Source: Lytechinus pictus
Taxonomy: Eukaryota
NCBI RefSeq assembly: GCF_037042905.1
Contig: NC_087251.1
Location: 17,920,001-17,984,000 of the forward strand
DNA: 64,000 nucleotides
Direction: 5' to 3'
Position numbers and translations under genes: made by a program. Each line of letters begins with the position of its first letter. Positions within the stretch are counted from its first letter, which is position 1. The notes under the pieces are model-generated. The model was not told the DNA's origin. It saw only the letters and a list, made by a program, of their open reading frames with translations, and ran no database searches. Positions 13,161 through 28,000 of the stretch are shown piece by piece.

Positions 13161-15454
13161 TGTGACATTATGATGTTTTATTCTGTTTCACAGTGCATTG
13201 TCTTTTCTTTCGTTGATAGAGATTTTGCGAATACAAAATTGTGACAAAGTGACAATGACTGCCTTCCTCAGTGACTCCAGTAAAATGTACTACATCATGC
13301 TAATCATGCTAATTGTATCAAAAGATGTGCTTTTCAGTAGGCATCGAAAGGCTCGAATGACAGTTTATCGGTTCTTTGACATTAAATGATGTTACCTCTC
13401 TATATTACTCTGTATCATAAGCTATTTTAAGCAAAATTTTGTTTCTTGTTGAAATACTTTTTTCTACTTTGATTCAGCGTATCTAAAACAGTGAGTAGAC
13501 GCAACTAATAAACATTTCTCATGCATGCAGTCCCTTGACTGTCGACAGGAAATCGTTCCTAACCAAAGAGAGAAAAAAAGGAAAAGAAGAAGAAAATAAT
13601 TGTATCCATTTCAAAATGTGATTGTCGTCATGTTCACGCCAAGTCTTCAATCATCTTCGACTCACTGCGCTTCTCTCTGAATATATTGATTGATAAATAC
13701 ACGAATCAAAAATGTAATCGTACCGTCCCGATCCAGGCAGCCAGGGACCAGCTTGTGATATGAAAGCGATTAATCAAAACCATAGCGCCCACAATCAAGC
13801 GAGTTTTCGATCGGTCGAATTTCGTTCTCGGAAAGAAGAACAACACGGCGGATGCAGGAAGGGTGTAAGGTTCAAGAGAACCCGGAGTAATACAACACCA
13901 GAAAACCTGCCGTGTTGAAAGCATGCAGGCTATCAATTATAACCATTCAGTGTCCCGTTACAGATTAGTGAGTTTTATAAGCGTCACCCGATGCCGATGA
14001 TAAGTTTTGTGGTACCCGGTTATTCGTTTTGTACAGGTACCGTTTAAAACTTCGTTTTGATCACGAACATGGTGGTGGTGGTGTTTGTGGTGTACAGTAT
14101 CGAGTTTATAAAGAGCAATAGTCATTAAGAAAAAAAATCCTTGATCACGTCTCGGCTCCGCTAAAAATATCCCCAATCTCACAATGTATATATAACCATA
14201 ACGTTTTAAAGGATGTAATGTCATTTATATCATTAAAGATATATGAGGGGAATATATCAAATTACCTATGTTTAAATCACTTGGAAGACGGAAAGTTAAG
14301 ATTAGTATGATGATTATCGCGAGTGTTCAGAGTAGATTTAGAGATTTAGTTTAAAATTTGTCTTACTACGCTTACTTTAAATCAGAGGGACTCCGAGCTA
14401 TATTGTGTCTCAAAAATAATGAACCTTGGTAAAACGAAATCTCTCTCCTAAAAATAACATGGAAAATTGTATAAACCACTCCACAGTACACAACTTTATA
14501 TGAAACTTTTCGTTCGAATTCCTTAAAGACTACTTAATCCCGTCTCCAATCGTATAGAAACTTGTGATTAACCCCTTAACATATTGAAACTGTCTGTAAT
14601 TGTTTGAATACCCTTTGGGTGAACTGCGATGGTTTCCCCCATAAAGTAAACCAAACATTTCCTGTGAATGATTGAAAGTTATTCAAGACAATCTGACATG
14701 TTTTTTTCTGTAAGTTCCGATTCAGAGTTGGCATGGCTAAATAGAGAGAAAAAAATGAATGAAGTTTATTGATATTGAGTGCTGGTGACAAAAACCAAAG
14801 AGACAGACAGAAGAGGTCGGTATAGGGAACGCCGTTAATTGATAAGACCATCCTCATCCAAACTCTCCTCGCTTTCATTTTCATTTTCAAATCTGGTTTT
14901 GAAAAAGTTATCTATCACGTATCAAATCAATGTGCCAATCTCCCAAACATAATACTGTAATAGATAAATATTTATGTTTATTATATTCAATTATATTCGT
15001 GAATAATGTATACAGGAAGTGGGACGAAAACAAACTCGAGCAAAAAAAAACACATTTAATGACTAAATTCAGACCATTACTGCGAGTCACGTTTGCTCAC
15101 AAAATCAATTTGGACACGACACACGTACCGGATCTGTCCAACATTTTGAAGTGCATTCGTGTGTACATATCAAATCGAGGTATTTTGTTTTGCGGACTCC
15201 ATGCCGCCAAACAGCCACATATTTCGACCCCCCCCCCAAAAAAAAAAAAATAGATGAAATAATAATAATGATGATAGTAATAGTAATAATGAATAGAAAA
15301 TGAATAAAATTAAAATAATAATCAAGTATTAATAAACATAAATCAAAATGAAATAGACTTTAAAGGGAAAAAAATCTAAATACCCACATCGATTAATTTC
15401 TTTATCTTGTTAAATAATGAATAAGCATACTATTAATGGAAAGAGACTTAACCA

Positions 15455-16261
15455 AAACAAGGCAAAGACGATTTTGTGTCTCGCCCACTTATGAAAATAA
15501 CCAGAAATATCGTGATTTCCGAGGGCACGCAACAGAATTGTCTCGAAACTTCCTTGTGAAATGACTGGGATGGAATAACACTTGTCATAAGAGTCTTGCA
15601 CGTAAACTTTAATGTTGACCTCAAAATTAACTTTGACCATACCATGTGACCTCTCAACACAATAGCATGCAGGTCCCCAAAGTACATCTACCATCTGAGT
15701 TTGGTTGAAAAGTGATTTACGTTTGCAGAGTTGTGTCATAAGAGTCTTGCACGGAAACTTTAACGTTGACCTGAAATAATCTTTGACCTTACCGTGTGAC
15801 CTCCACTGTTACATAACACGCAGGTCCCCTAAGTACATCTACCATCCAAGTTTGGTTGAAAAGTGACTTGCGGTAGCGGAGTTAGGTGTCATAAGAGTCT
15901 TGCATGTAAACTTTAACATTGACCTGAAAATTACCTTTGACCTTATCATGTGACCTCCGACTGCAGCCTAACATGCAGGTCCCCCAAGTCCATCTACCAT
16001 CCAAGTTTGGTTGAAAAGTGACTTACGGTTGCGGAGTTAGGTGTCATAAGAGAGTCTTGCATGTAAACTTTAACGTTGACCTGAAAATGACCTTTGACCT
16101 TACCATGTGACCTCCGACTGCAGTCTAACATGCAGGTCCCAGAAATCCATCTACCATCCAAGTTTGGTTGAAAAGTGACTTACGGTTGCGGAGTTAGGTG
16201 GCATAAGAGTCTTGCATGTAAACTTTAACGTTGACCTGGAAATGACCTTTGACCTTACCAT
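15455..16261 (+). mobile_element. Helentron-associated (pearl/Tsp/DINE-like) element, family A, 3'-truncated, about 4.4 cores of ~156 bp
   Basis: Same 5' module (AAACAAGGC...TGTCTCGCCCACTT) and core repeat as the copies at 40452 and 53764; 3' hairpin absent. Confidence 0.85.
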
Positions 16262-17419
16262 TTAGTTCTGACTGAATTCCATCATCAGATTCACTTCGGA
16301 AATGTCGCCTCATCCAAGTAAATTGTCTCATCACCTGTAATACCGGTGACTTTTTTTGCGTTAAAGAAAAACAAAAGGGTTGCAAAATAAAACATAAAAG
16401 AAGTGTATACGAGGAAGAAATAAAATATGCAGGACATGTCTCGATAACCATCTATTCCTGTTACTGCCATCAATCGATTCACTCTCTGTGGATATGCATG
16501 CTCTTAACCTAAAATCAAAGTAAGGAAGTGGATGTATATCTTGAAAGAATACGTTCAAAAATATATAGTGACCCGGATTCAACAAATTCTATTTACCGCT
16601 TGGGATTCCGAGAGTGTAAGAAATATTTCCATTCTATAGCCTGAAGAGCCTACTTGGCCTAGAAATATAAGTTTATCTCCATCTCTTTCCCGCTGCTTTT
16701 CTTTATCGCAAGTGCGGAAAATACTGGCGGAAATGTGCCAACAAAATTACATTATCAATGATTGCAAGGCATCGCAATAAGGGTCTTCAATAATATACCA
16801 TCCCATGCGTGGCTTTTCTAACCAAGATCGTGAATTCGATGTGATTTTTTATACTGGGACATTTTGTTATAACAGTCAAATTACAATGTGATTACACAAA
16901 GTCAGGCCTTGCTCTACATGGGATATGATTTAGACTCCGATGGTTATATCATCATCGTCGTCGCTGCCGCTCCCCCCCCCCCACAATCACCCATCTCTTG
17001 ATATTTTATCCTACATAAATAATTATATCTAATATCGTTCGTCTATAATATTCATTCTCTTCATTGGCGATATATGTGCAACTGAAGACGAAGCTTAGGT
17101 ACGTCAACACCGATTCAATAAACCACTTCAAAATCTATATGCCTACAATCACAACAATAGTTGCTTAGTTACCACGAATTCATGATGACGATACATTACA
17201 ATAATTGTAAGGCTTCCACTGAGCATCTTGAACGCAAGAAATAGAACTTTCTGGCTCGCGTCATTAAATCCAGTCTTGCAGAGTTCGAGTATTGAAATGT
17301 CACAATGAGGGGGGGGGGCAACATCTTTGAAACGACGACTTGACCCAATTCTGTTTTCACGGAAGTCGAGCTTGAAAAAAAAAACAGCATTATCGAGCAC
17401 ATCAGTACAGATCACCCAT

Positions 17420-17520
17420 TCCTCTCTCTCTCTCTCTTCTTCCTCTATCTTCTCTCTCTCTCTCTCTCCCTCCTCACCCCCTCCCCCCTCTCTCTCTCTG
17501 TATCTCTTCCCACCCTCTAT
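17420..17520. repeat. (CT)n pyrimidine-rich microsatellite
   Basis: Direct inspection. Confidence 0.9.
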
Positions 17521-20139
17521 CCTATTCATTATTCATTCCCGTCTTATTTTGTTTTCATCCGTTCTTCTTTTCTCAACCTCAGACAAGATTAATCCAAGTT
17601 AACCTTTAAAAATTAATGTAGAATGTAATGTCGACATTGCTTGAGATTTTTTATCTACATTTCAGTGAAGCTGACATTTTGACCATGTTGTTCATAGAAT
17701 AACGTGATGATAATGCACATAAAGACAGTACGAACGGGAACATCAATCATACTCCAACTACCCTCGTTGTTTTGTAGAATAACCACTAGACACTTTTCGG
17801 GAAATATGAAAGAGTGTAAATGTGCATACATCATAACTTGGGGATTAGTATGACATACGATCGATTTGAAGATCTGCATAACTAAATGGCGAGGAAGGAA
17901 GAATGAAAATGATTAATCAATTATAATTATAACCAAGTACTCTTCATTAGATTTAACTTATATACCACAGACTTTTTTAACTCTAAACATGTTCACATGC
18001 ACGATTCCTAAATCTATAATTATCATCCACAGCTGACTCAGGGATTATTTTTAAAAAAATATCGCATTGATATAAATCTCTTCTTTATATTGCCTCAAAG
18101 AGTATTTCATAATACAGGTTACCAATTAACTTGAAACGTCTCATTTTCTCCCTCATATTGGAACTCGGTTATCTAAACGGTTCGTAAAGACTACCTCGTC
18201 TCTTTCTCTCTCCCTCCCCCTTTTTCTCTTATTGTTCAACGCTACTCCGATTGTTCTGTACATAATGCCTCAACAATACAAATCACAAATAATGTTGGAT
18301 GGGGGTGTTCCAATCATAAAGGTTTCTTTTTTTTCATCAAGCGTTAGAAATCAATCAAGTAATTTCAGAAAATACATCACTCGCACGCTCGAAATAGACT
18401 ATTGACGGACGTTATAGCCTGGTTCCTGAAACCATCCACTATCTATTCTTCAGTGTAATATTTAATGGAATAGTAAGTCCTTTTCTCATCACTTACAGAA
18501 GACATAATGGGCATCATGTCACGCACAACTGTGTTTGAAGACAGGCCTACAGTTTTAGTATACAAAAAAGTTTACGCATGCGCATAAAGATATTTAGAGG
18601 CAAGGTGTAAAGAATTAGCGATCTGGATAAGATGTGAACTTATTGAAACCGATAGATTTAGGGATCCGTGACACAAACATGACAAAGGTCCGCGATAAAT
18701 TACACATTTGAAAGAACAATTCTGATTGGTTCTTTCTCAGCATTTTGCAGAAACTGAACTATATGAAAGATATACAACAGACAGTTCTTTGATACCTACA
18801 GTACAAAACCTCGCTTGTTATTTTCTTCGAATGAAGGGATCGAAAGTCTCGGTCGAAAATATATTTCAATCAGTGCATGGACCATTTCAAACCAATTTTA
18901 TTCTTCTGATTTTTCACAAAGGGCTGCAAACACAATCACTAATTCAACATAGTCTCCCTTTTTTATAAAAGTAATATAATAACGTTATACGGTTTATAAA
19001 ATCGGAAAGCGAAATTACCTGCAATGAAAATGGCTAATCTGTTTAAAACATATTTTTCTCATCGCAACTTCAACTTCAACTTTAAGCATGCATGGACTTC
19101 TTCAGACAAAATGAATTCCATCGACCTGTCTTCTTTTCGATTCCAAGAAGGAGATAAAGGTTGTTAGGTTACACGATTCTTATCTCCGGTAAATAACCCT
19201 CTTTGGCGTTTCGAGCCAGAGATAATTATTTCTTTGCCGGCTAGGATGCACTTTGAGAGTAGCGAGTCACGCACACCCGATCCCCTTCCAATCACTACCC
19301 GGGGACAAGGGAAAACTACTCCTCTGACTTCAGGGTATGGCGTGCAAAATGGGAACGGGAGGTGTAGGTGGTTCTGTATTTCGGGTGATGAATAGGGTCA
19401 TCAGTTCAAAAACATCAGCATATTCAGCAAAAAATTGCATTTTTCAAAACATCTATATAGTTCATACATTTTTTTTTTCATTTTCTTTATGAAGTTATTG
19501 TAGTCGTGTATTTGACGTGTCTAACACTATCATCAATAGATACTGGGTGATTTACAAACTTGGTTTTAATATTAGTGTTGATGAAAGAAGCAAAATAATG
19601 GTTATTGTCAGGATATTACATAACTTCAAGGCCAAATGTGAGTTTACCCAAAAAATATCAAAATCACGTGACCGATAGAAACAACATGTCGTGAGATTCA
19701 TCCCAGGATCAGCTTCATTATAAGTTTGGTGCTGCGCTGATGTAAGAATTGACCAAACACCGAACGTGAAATGACCCACTGATGATGCAACCACTCCACC
19801 CTTTCTTTTGAAACCGTCTGTTTTCTCTTAACATCTCCGATTAAGACGGATGTCTGGAAGGACCGGGCATTACAGGAGATAAATCGAGTTGCAAGTCGAC
19901 GTGTCTTGCCTGCCGATTACACAATTCCATCCATCTCTGATGCAAACGCCCTTTCTGAACTTTACCGTGGTCGATCAATGCTCTTCCTTGCTCAATCTAT
20001 TGACAAGTTTGCTCGAGGCGGGTGGCGCTTCTTTGAAAGAAATAAAGAACATAATACATAATGATGGGGAACAAGAATCACCAGTTAACTGTCGTTGTAT
20101 GTAATGGACATATTAAACGGTGTGGATGTGTGTATGATC

Positions 20140-20271
20140 AGGATTCTGTAACACACATCTTATCGATTAATCGTATGCTGGATTTGAAGGATTGCTTATT
20201 GTATTGTGGCCAACGTAATCAATCATAAAAATGGTACTAAAATCAATGCTAAGCTTTATGTCACAGGGTCC
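20140..20271. mobile_element. Short decayed MITE (related terminal fragments at 18661-18735 and 50183-50350)
   Basis: Imperfect inverted ends ctgtaacacacatcttatcgatt / aatgctaagctttatgtcacag. Confidence 0.5.
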
Positions 20272-23200
20272 ATGCAGGAAGATCCTCTGAACGAAAGGTG
20301 TTTACATAGATGGTGTAAAATTTAATTCGCATCCTAAGTCGAAAGAAAGAAAATTACGTCTGATTTATGTTTCAATCCTTCTCGCTTTAGACAAGGCACT
20401 AGACAACTATGCTTTTTTGCTGGTTTCGTTTGGCATGTATCACTCTTTCATTTTTTTATATTATTTACATTTTACTATGGACTCATACCCAACTAACTAC
20501 AGGGAAGACCCTTCCCCGCACACAACACTCACATACGCACACACACTACATACAACTTTTTTCCCACAGATTACCTGGAATTGAAAGCCCCTTTAAATCT
20601 TGTTACAGATTCTTCGCATGAATTAGAACATTACGTCAAGTCCAAACCCATAACCGTGTCTGAAATTCAATACAGCAAACGAGGGTGACCCATTTTTGTA
20701 CTTTTCACCCGCCTCGATAAAACCTTGACCTTTTCTCCCGAATCGGTGCACGACGACCCCGCAGTAGATGGGATGCGCCCCTGCTACCAGACCCTAAGCA
20801 ATCCTGACAGGTAATAACCTTCCCATCACATTTCTTCCCGCGTTCTCAACCTTACCAAGGTAAATGAAATGAAGTGATAAATATCGAAGATGATCCATTC
20901 TCCCCCAATCGGCGTCGGGTTACCATCCTCAATAAGTGTTTACGGCGATGAATGCGAGATTTGGGCGATAATTTGTGGCGACAGTTCTGGATCTCGTGGG
21001 CATAACTGCCAACTGGATGGGTACTTTAGACCGAACGGTTGCCAGATTTATTTCATGATTGTCGAGGAAATAATGCAACTTAAGTCCAACAAAATGCATA
21101 ATTTTCTCACATCTTTCAATATCGCAAGTTCTCAAATTAAATCTTTATAAGTTAATACAATCAGGGATATAAGACACTTTTTGATTGGTATTGAATAAAA
21201 AAAATGTTTTAAAAAAATATTATTTTGATAAGAAAGCAAAATAAATGTACAAATATCATTCTGGTAAAAAAAAGCAAACCTATCAATAACATTTTTGTAA
21301 CGTGATTGCAGTAATGCTTGTTTAATAGACTGACTGTACCATTCATTTTACATGGTCTGTCAACAATTCTAGCTGAATAAGGTGAGTGAGTCTTGAATTA
21401 CTCAACTTCCTCAACAATAACCTACGTCGACATGTTAGAATAATGATAATCTTTTATATTCCCCACTTTCCAATCAGAGACTCCCCCATCCCGCTCTCCA
21501 CCATTTCACCATGCACCATTCGCTATGACTAAACTTGTGCCCTGTCACACAAGCGAAACTGTCTCCAGTAAAAAAAAACTGCAGGCCTTAGATTTAAACA
21601 TTTTTTCACATTTTCGGGTCATTCTCATGAAAAGGTCACGATTCATTAAAATCACGACAAAACCATTTTGCAACCCATGGCCCCACACCCTCACAAGAGT
21701 GAATTCAAATTAAAGATTCGCACACTGCATCCATTTCCAGTGACCAGTAACTCCCAGATAAAAAATTATTGTAGATTTTTTTGCAACGAATGTAAATGTT
21801 ATGAAAGTTAACAAAGTAGTTCACATATTCAAGCCAAAACATCACTATCTACCAAGCACATAAAATGGTCAACTGTTCCTCTCACTGCTCAAACAAATCT
21901 AAAGAAACTATGCAAGATAGTTCCAATTATTGATAAAATTTTCAAAAACTATATTATTGTTTAATGGAAGTTATGTTTTAGGTGATTGAAATCCGCTTGC
22001 ATTCTCAAGCTAAAGCATCACTGGCCATCAAGCAAATACGTGGTACAAGGGCCATCCACCTCACTCATGTTATACTACTGACAAAAAACAGAAATCATAA
22101 AGGATTGCGACATAAGAGGGGAAACATGAAAGATATGAGCCCTGACAAGTTCTTTTATATTTCTGTAAAAATAAAAAAGAGCACTAAAACATCAAAGGCC
22201 ATTAAAGGGACATTGAAGTCAATCAATTAATTTAAGCCGTGCAATAACACTCGTTGAAAATGGCCTTAACAATTTTTGATCGGTCAGGGCTCGGTTAAAC
22301 GTAGGTGTGACGGGTGGCATTAGACAAGTTCATCCACAGGGCGACAGACAGGAAAATGATTAATGTTCTCAGCGTTTTCTTCTTTTTCTCTGTAGAATCA
22401 GCTCCCTCCATGATTCATATATCAGTATATGTGATCATGTCGATTGTCGATGCGACGCGCATGGTTAAAGTTTGACCTCACGTAGCGATATATGGTTATC
22501 ACATGATTTTCGGGGTGGCTAAATATACTTTATCGTTCCGCTTGAACCATGAAAGCAATATGAGATCAGAGGATGTTGCAGGGGGTAAATATATTTCTGA
22601 CAGATCGATGAACCGACAACTATTAACAGGAATAAAGCGTTTAACTTCTGTTAAAGTTCTTCTAGAGCATATATAGAGGAACATTTATTACGCGCTATAT
22701 ATTATCGAGTCTTCGAATTTAAAAATAGTGAGGAAAAATAAGCCTATAAAATATTTCCACAATGAGTTTTGTAATAGTGGTGATCGCCCCCTTCATAGTT
22801 CATTTACTTAATTATAGTTGGGTCTCATTGATACCAAACTAATGTTCAGTGGATTGCTCTCAATTTATTCTAATTTTAATTTAATTATGTGCGTCGATCC
22901 TCCTGTTTCTATACGTTTATAATTCTCGTTATTAGGTCGTTGGAGGTTCAAATAACTTAAATCACCTCACAGGACTTCAAAAACTTAAAGATCAATCACC
23001 CCGAGTTGGGGGTGGTCAGTAAAGTTACCTCATTGTGGAGTCAGGTTTCAAAGACAGATTCGAAAAAGACTTTCTAGCGAATTTATTTTTAAACCTTTTG
23101 AGTGAAACATTCGGGTTATGTCAACTTACACAGCGCTCCAGGAATGGCGGCATCATGAAATCTGATTCCAAGGTTCACTCGTGAGTCGAATTTCGATCTC

Positions 23201-24422
23201 TCAATTATTTGCAAAGATCCACCGCGAGGAAGCTCCATATCGCCTCCTCAAGAGTGATAAAATGGAATTGTACAGGTTTAGGGAGGAATGTGATACACGT
23301 AGATTATCTAATCATATTCAAAAGAACATTCCATATGCACCCACATCACTCAATTTAGGACTTGATAATTCACTACTTTAAATAATAATATTTGTAATTA
23401 TATAAATATAATAATAATAAAGATAATGATTATAAAAGTATAATTTTAATAGTAATTATAATAGCAAGAATAATAATAACAATAATAAAAACCACATATT
23501 CGCTTACTTCTATACGGAGTAAGAAATCTAAGTAATTACTCTTCTCAATATACAAAGCCGAGTTATTTTTACTGGATATATACTGCGAGAGTTTTCGTGC
23601 AGACTTAACAAAATTTTATGCTCCAAATATCTACGCCTCTGACCCAATAAACGATTTATAAGGGCCCCGGCAGCAGGGTCGAGGTATATGAGCCATTATC
23701 TGTTTCCTCTTTTTCTTGCCTGTCTTGTCTGAGGCTATATAGGTTATTGCATCCTGATATCGAGGTCTGTTCGATATCTTTTCTTTTGTTTCCCCTTTTC
23801 TCCTCCCCATCGAAAAAATTCTTGCAGACCAATCGAATATGATACCGCTATTTAATTTCACGGCGATAATACTTTCTCACTTCATATTTTACAAGTTTTT
23901 TTTCTCAGGGACAATGAAAGCCAAATTCATATTCGTATATAAGTTATAATTTTCTTCCTTTCTTTTTGTCTTACATGATAAAGGAACCTAATCACCATCC
24001 TGTAATTAATAATTTAATATTTATTTAATTATAAATAAGACAAAGAAACATCCTTCCAAAATGAAAGCCCTTTCGTTTTTCAGAACGCTGCACAAGACAA
24101 GTAACGAATGCAGCCAGAAACCAAATCGTGTGCGAGCCTGAAATGTACTCTATTATCACATCGAGGCATCTCCATCGAGTCAGCTACCGCCGGAAGCACT
24201 TTCGCAGATCACCGCACTTGATGTTTGATCTACAGAGGTTCTCCAGCATCAATCGAAGACTTGTCTCAGGCGATAGACATAGATGCAGGATTCGGGATGA
24301 TGGGAGAGGGAGGTAGGTTGGGAGGGGAAAGATGGGAGGAGTAGGGAGGGGATTTTGTGACCCCTTTTATTGTAAAGGTATAAAGTCCTAAACATACAAT
24401 GTCTATATTCTGGCCTGATTAA

Positions 24423-25004
24423 AGGGATGGTCCGGGGTGAAAGTATTTATAGCTTAATAAATAGAGTAGAATTCACTGAGCAAAATGCCGAAAATATCAT
24501 CAAAATCGGATAACAAATAACAAAGTTATTGAATTTTAAAATTTAGCAATATTTTGTGAAAACAGTCGTCATGAATATTCATTAGGTGGACTGATGATGT
24601 CATATCCCCACTTGTTCTTTTGTATTTTATTATATGAAATTAGGTTTATTCAAATTTTTTCCTCCAAGAACCAGAAAAATTGGATTGACAACTGATTTAG
24701 TGCATTAGATATTTATTGCTGCAATTTATTTCATTATAAGGGAGACATTTTATTCACACAAGTATGAACAAATGAAAAAAATGTGATTTTATGTAATAAC
24801 ATAAGAAAACGGAAAGTGGGGATGTGACATCATCAGCCCACCTAATGAATATTCATGATGACTGTTTTCACAAAATATTGCTAAACTTTAAATTTCAATA
24901 ACTTTATTATTTGTTATCCGATTTTGATGAAATTTTCGGCATTTTCCTCCGTGATATCTACTCTATGTATCAAGATATAAATATTTTCAGCCCGGACCAT
25001 CCCT
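24423..25004. mobile_element. TTAA-flanked MITE with long TIRs (Kolobok-like)
   Basis: TTAA|AGGGATGGTCCGGG...CCCGGACCATCCCT|TTAA, ~190-bp inverted arms; same family as 62560-63158. Confidence 0.92.
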
Positions 25005-28000
25005 TTAATTTGAATTATAATACAGCTGTAGAGCGATGTATCGCGATGTGTCGTCTGCTTTCAAGAACTGAACAAATGACTGGTTCAATTATAATTCATT
25101 TATGTTAAAAAAGCACAGCCACCAGACAAGATATTAATCAATACTGAAAGCTTTTAACTTTTTACTTACTTTCTTAGGGGACCTTTAGTAAACACTGACT
25201 TTATTCCATGATTCAATTTAAGAAATGAGTATGATATAGGTGGAGAACAACGATTTTAAAAAGAACAGTCATAAATATACATCATCGAGTTCAGTTGTCC
25301 ATTTCAATTTCAGTCGAATCTAAGCAACAATTTCAGATTCACAAATGATGCTCATCGACGTTGCATTCGGTGATTTATGACAAACATGGTCCCCAATTAG
25401 TTAGAAAATGTACAACCCCCCCCCCCCCCAAACCTTGATTTGAATACTGATCATACAACTTATATATGAGACTGATGATGCTGTCGCTTGCTCTATCGGG
25501 CGCCAGTCAGGTGCCGTTTTATGTATCCCCTCGGTGACTTTCATAGCATCACATGCATGGGAACAGATCCCCGGGCATTTCTTACAACATCATTCACCAT
25601 TAAAGTAGCATTTCAGATAAATTATCCGATTCATTCGAACGTTGCCCAAGATATTCCCTTATAATTATCATGATACGAGCGAACATGAATCATTCAAGAT
25701 TTTCTTACTCAAATATCGTGTGATGTGATACTATGAACTAGTTCTGATCAATTTGACTCTCTTTGAGTTTCTAAAACTAAGCTGAATAGGCTGAAACATC
25801 AGGAAGCTCATTTTTATTTTATTTTTATTTTTTTGCTAAAGGACTAAATCTTTGAAAACTATAGCACAACAAATTGATAATCATGATGGCTATAAAATCA
25901 TAAATAATGTCCATCTCAGTTTAATCTAGATATGTTATACAGCAAAATAATTCGATGAAGGAATCGGATTTTATGGCATATATACTATTTACATCTTGAA
26001 CCATGTACTATTAGGCAATCAGTGTTCAGTGTTTATATTATAATATTATATTAAATAAAATATATAAATGATTGATTAATATAAAGATTAAATGAACCAC
26101 AATTCTCAAAACATTATAACATTAACCCTTCAAACTTCTGATCGAAATCGTTTGTTGTGAAAAGCAAATTCTACCTTTAAATGGTGCTGATTGCCAACCG
26201 ATTCGCGGCGGCACCGAACCGAGTTTCAATATCAACTCGTTGTGTAATATATCCTGCTCGAGCAACCCAATCGCGTTTTTTTTTCTTCGTTTATCACTCA
26301 GACGATGATATGTAATCATTTCGAATAGCTTGCTTGCTATAGCTCAATAATGATTTCTTGTTTTCCAATTGGTTTTATGACTGAATTGAAGAGATTTGTA
26401 CTTTCAATAAGTTCCGATCTACTATAGATGACACATCATCTATGCCATCATCGCTCATTTTTTAACGCAGGTATTTCTGCATTTATTAATAAATAAAAAC
26501 TACAAATTTATAACAATGATATAAAATCAATCATACATAATGATCAAGTTACAAAGGTGACAATTGAATAGTAGTTAAGAAGATATATAGACATAATTCA
26601 TGTAAACAATAACAAATGAATTTAAATGCAGAGGCCAGCTATCGTAAGCTGAAAGCTTGAAATAATAGCAGCCATGTTATTCCATTGAACGGCATCCCCA
26701 GTTTTCTTGATGGTGAGGGACACTTAAATCGCATGCCAGTCAAATAAATCTGAAAACATCATTACAATGGAATGCAGCGCTAATATTGATGTCTTATACG
26801 CCAATGTATACCCCCCCCCCCCTTCTCGACCATTTGACTTGGATTTAATTTGCTTCCTTTCAAACTTTATGATTGTTTTACTCTATTATAAGGAGTGTAT
26901 ACCAATTTCTGGTGACCTAGTTCTAGGACTGAAGCATTTAGAACATGAAATCGATGCGACACTCTATTTCAATTGTGTAGAAGTCTCAACAACGTAATCC
27001 ATATGGAGTAGAATTCTAGCATAGAAGCAGGATTGAATGTGTGTGAAAGCTAGAAAATAAGAGAGATCAACAGAGGGGGAGAAAGTCACCGAGGAATCAC
27101 GCTTCAATCAAAAATCCATTAAATAATGTGCACTGAATGTATTCTCTAATATTACCAAAGCTCGACGTGAGCAAAAATAAAAAAAATCTTTTAACAGCGG
27201 CATGGCAAAAGAAATACTTTATGCACTTTGTATTGACATACTGTGTGTAGTTATGCTGACCGAGTTATTCGGGCTTTAATATGTGTTTTTTACTCTAATA
27301 TTTAGAAAACCAATGTAAAGCATCATTATTAAGATTTTGAGGAAAAATATCTCAAAAGCTTCTGCTTTATATCTTATGCCCAGCATGCATGCGCATTGGA
27401 CTGAAAATGACATCGGATAACTTTCCCGCAAAAATTAGTATTGGCGCGCGCATAATCGGATCACATGGCAGTTTTTCGTTAGTATTTATTACAACATGGC
27501 AGATAGATATCCATCGTCAAGACACTGAGTGGGCATATTTTTCACAAACTATGATCACTGACTTATTTTCTTGTCTTAGGAGGCGCCAGACTCGTAGTCA
27601 TAAGAAGCAGGGTTTTTTTAATGATTATTTCCTCTTTTTTTCAGGACAAAAAAAATCAATGTACCGTATAACATTCCCTGTCAAAACTGCAAATGAAAGG
27701 AAAATACGATTTGGAAAAGAATTGTGGCACACAATTCTATGTGATCTTATAAGGCACTGATCTTAAAGAATCCCCCCAACAACAAAAAAATAATAATAGG
27801 TATCTGAAATTTACACCAAAAAAAAGAACAGCTGCAGATCTTTTGTGAATTTATGAATCGTACTTCATCAAGAAGTTATAATTAGACCCCCCCCCCCAGG
27901 AATCTTTTGCAGAGTTAATTTGAGACAAGCTGAAGTAAGGAAATGATTGCTTGCACATACAATATAGTCTTGTACTTTATTACATTATATAATGTACTAT

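Noticed and set aside
16640..16672. CTGAAGA-GCC-TACTT-GGC-cta-GAAA hammerhead-like motif
   Set aside because: A 3-nt insertion before GAAA and no convincing stems I/III; at best a dead relic.
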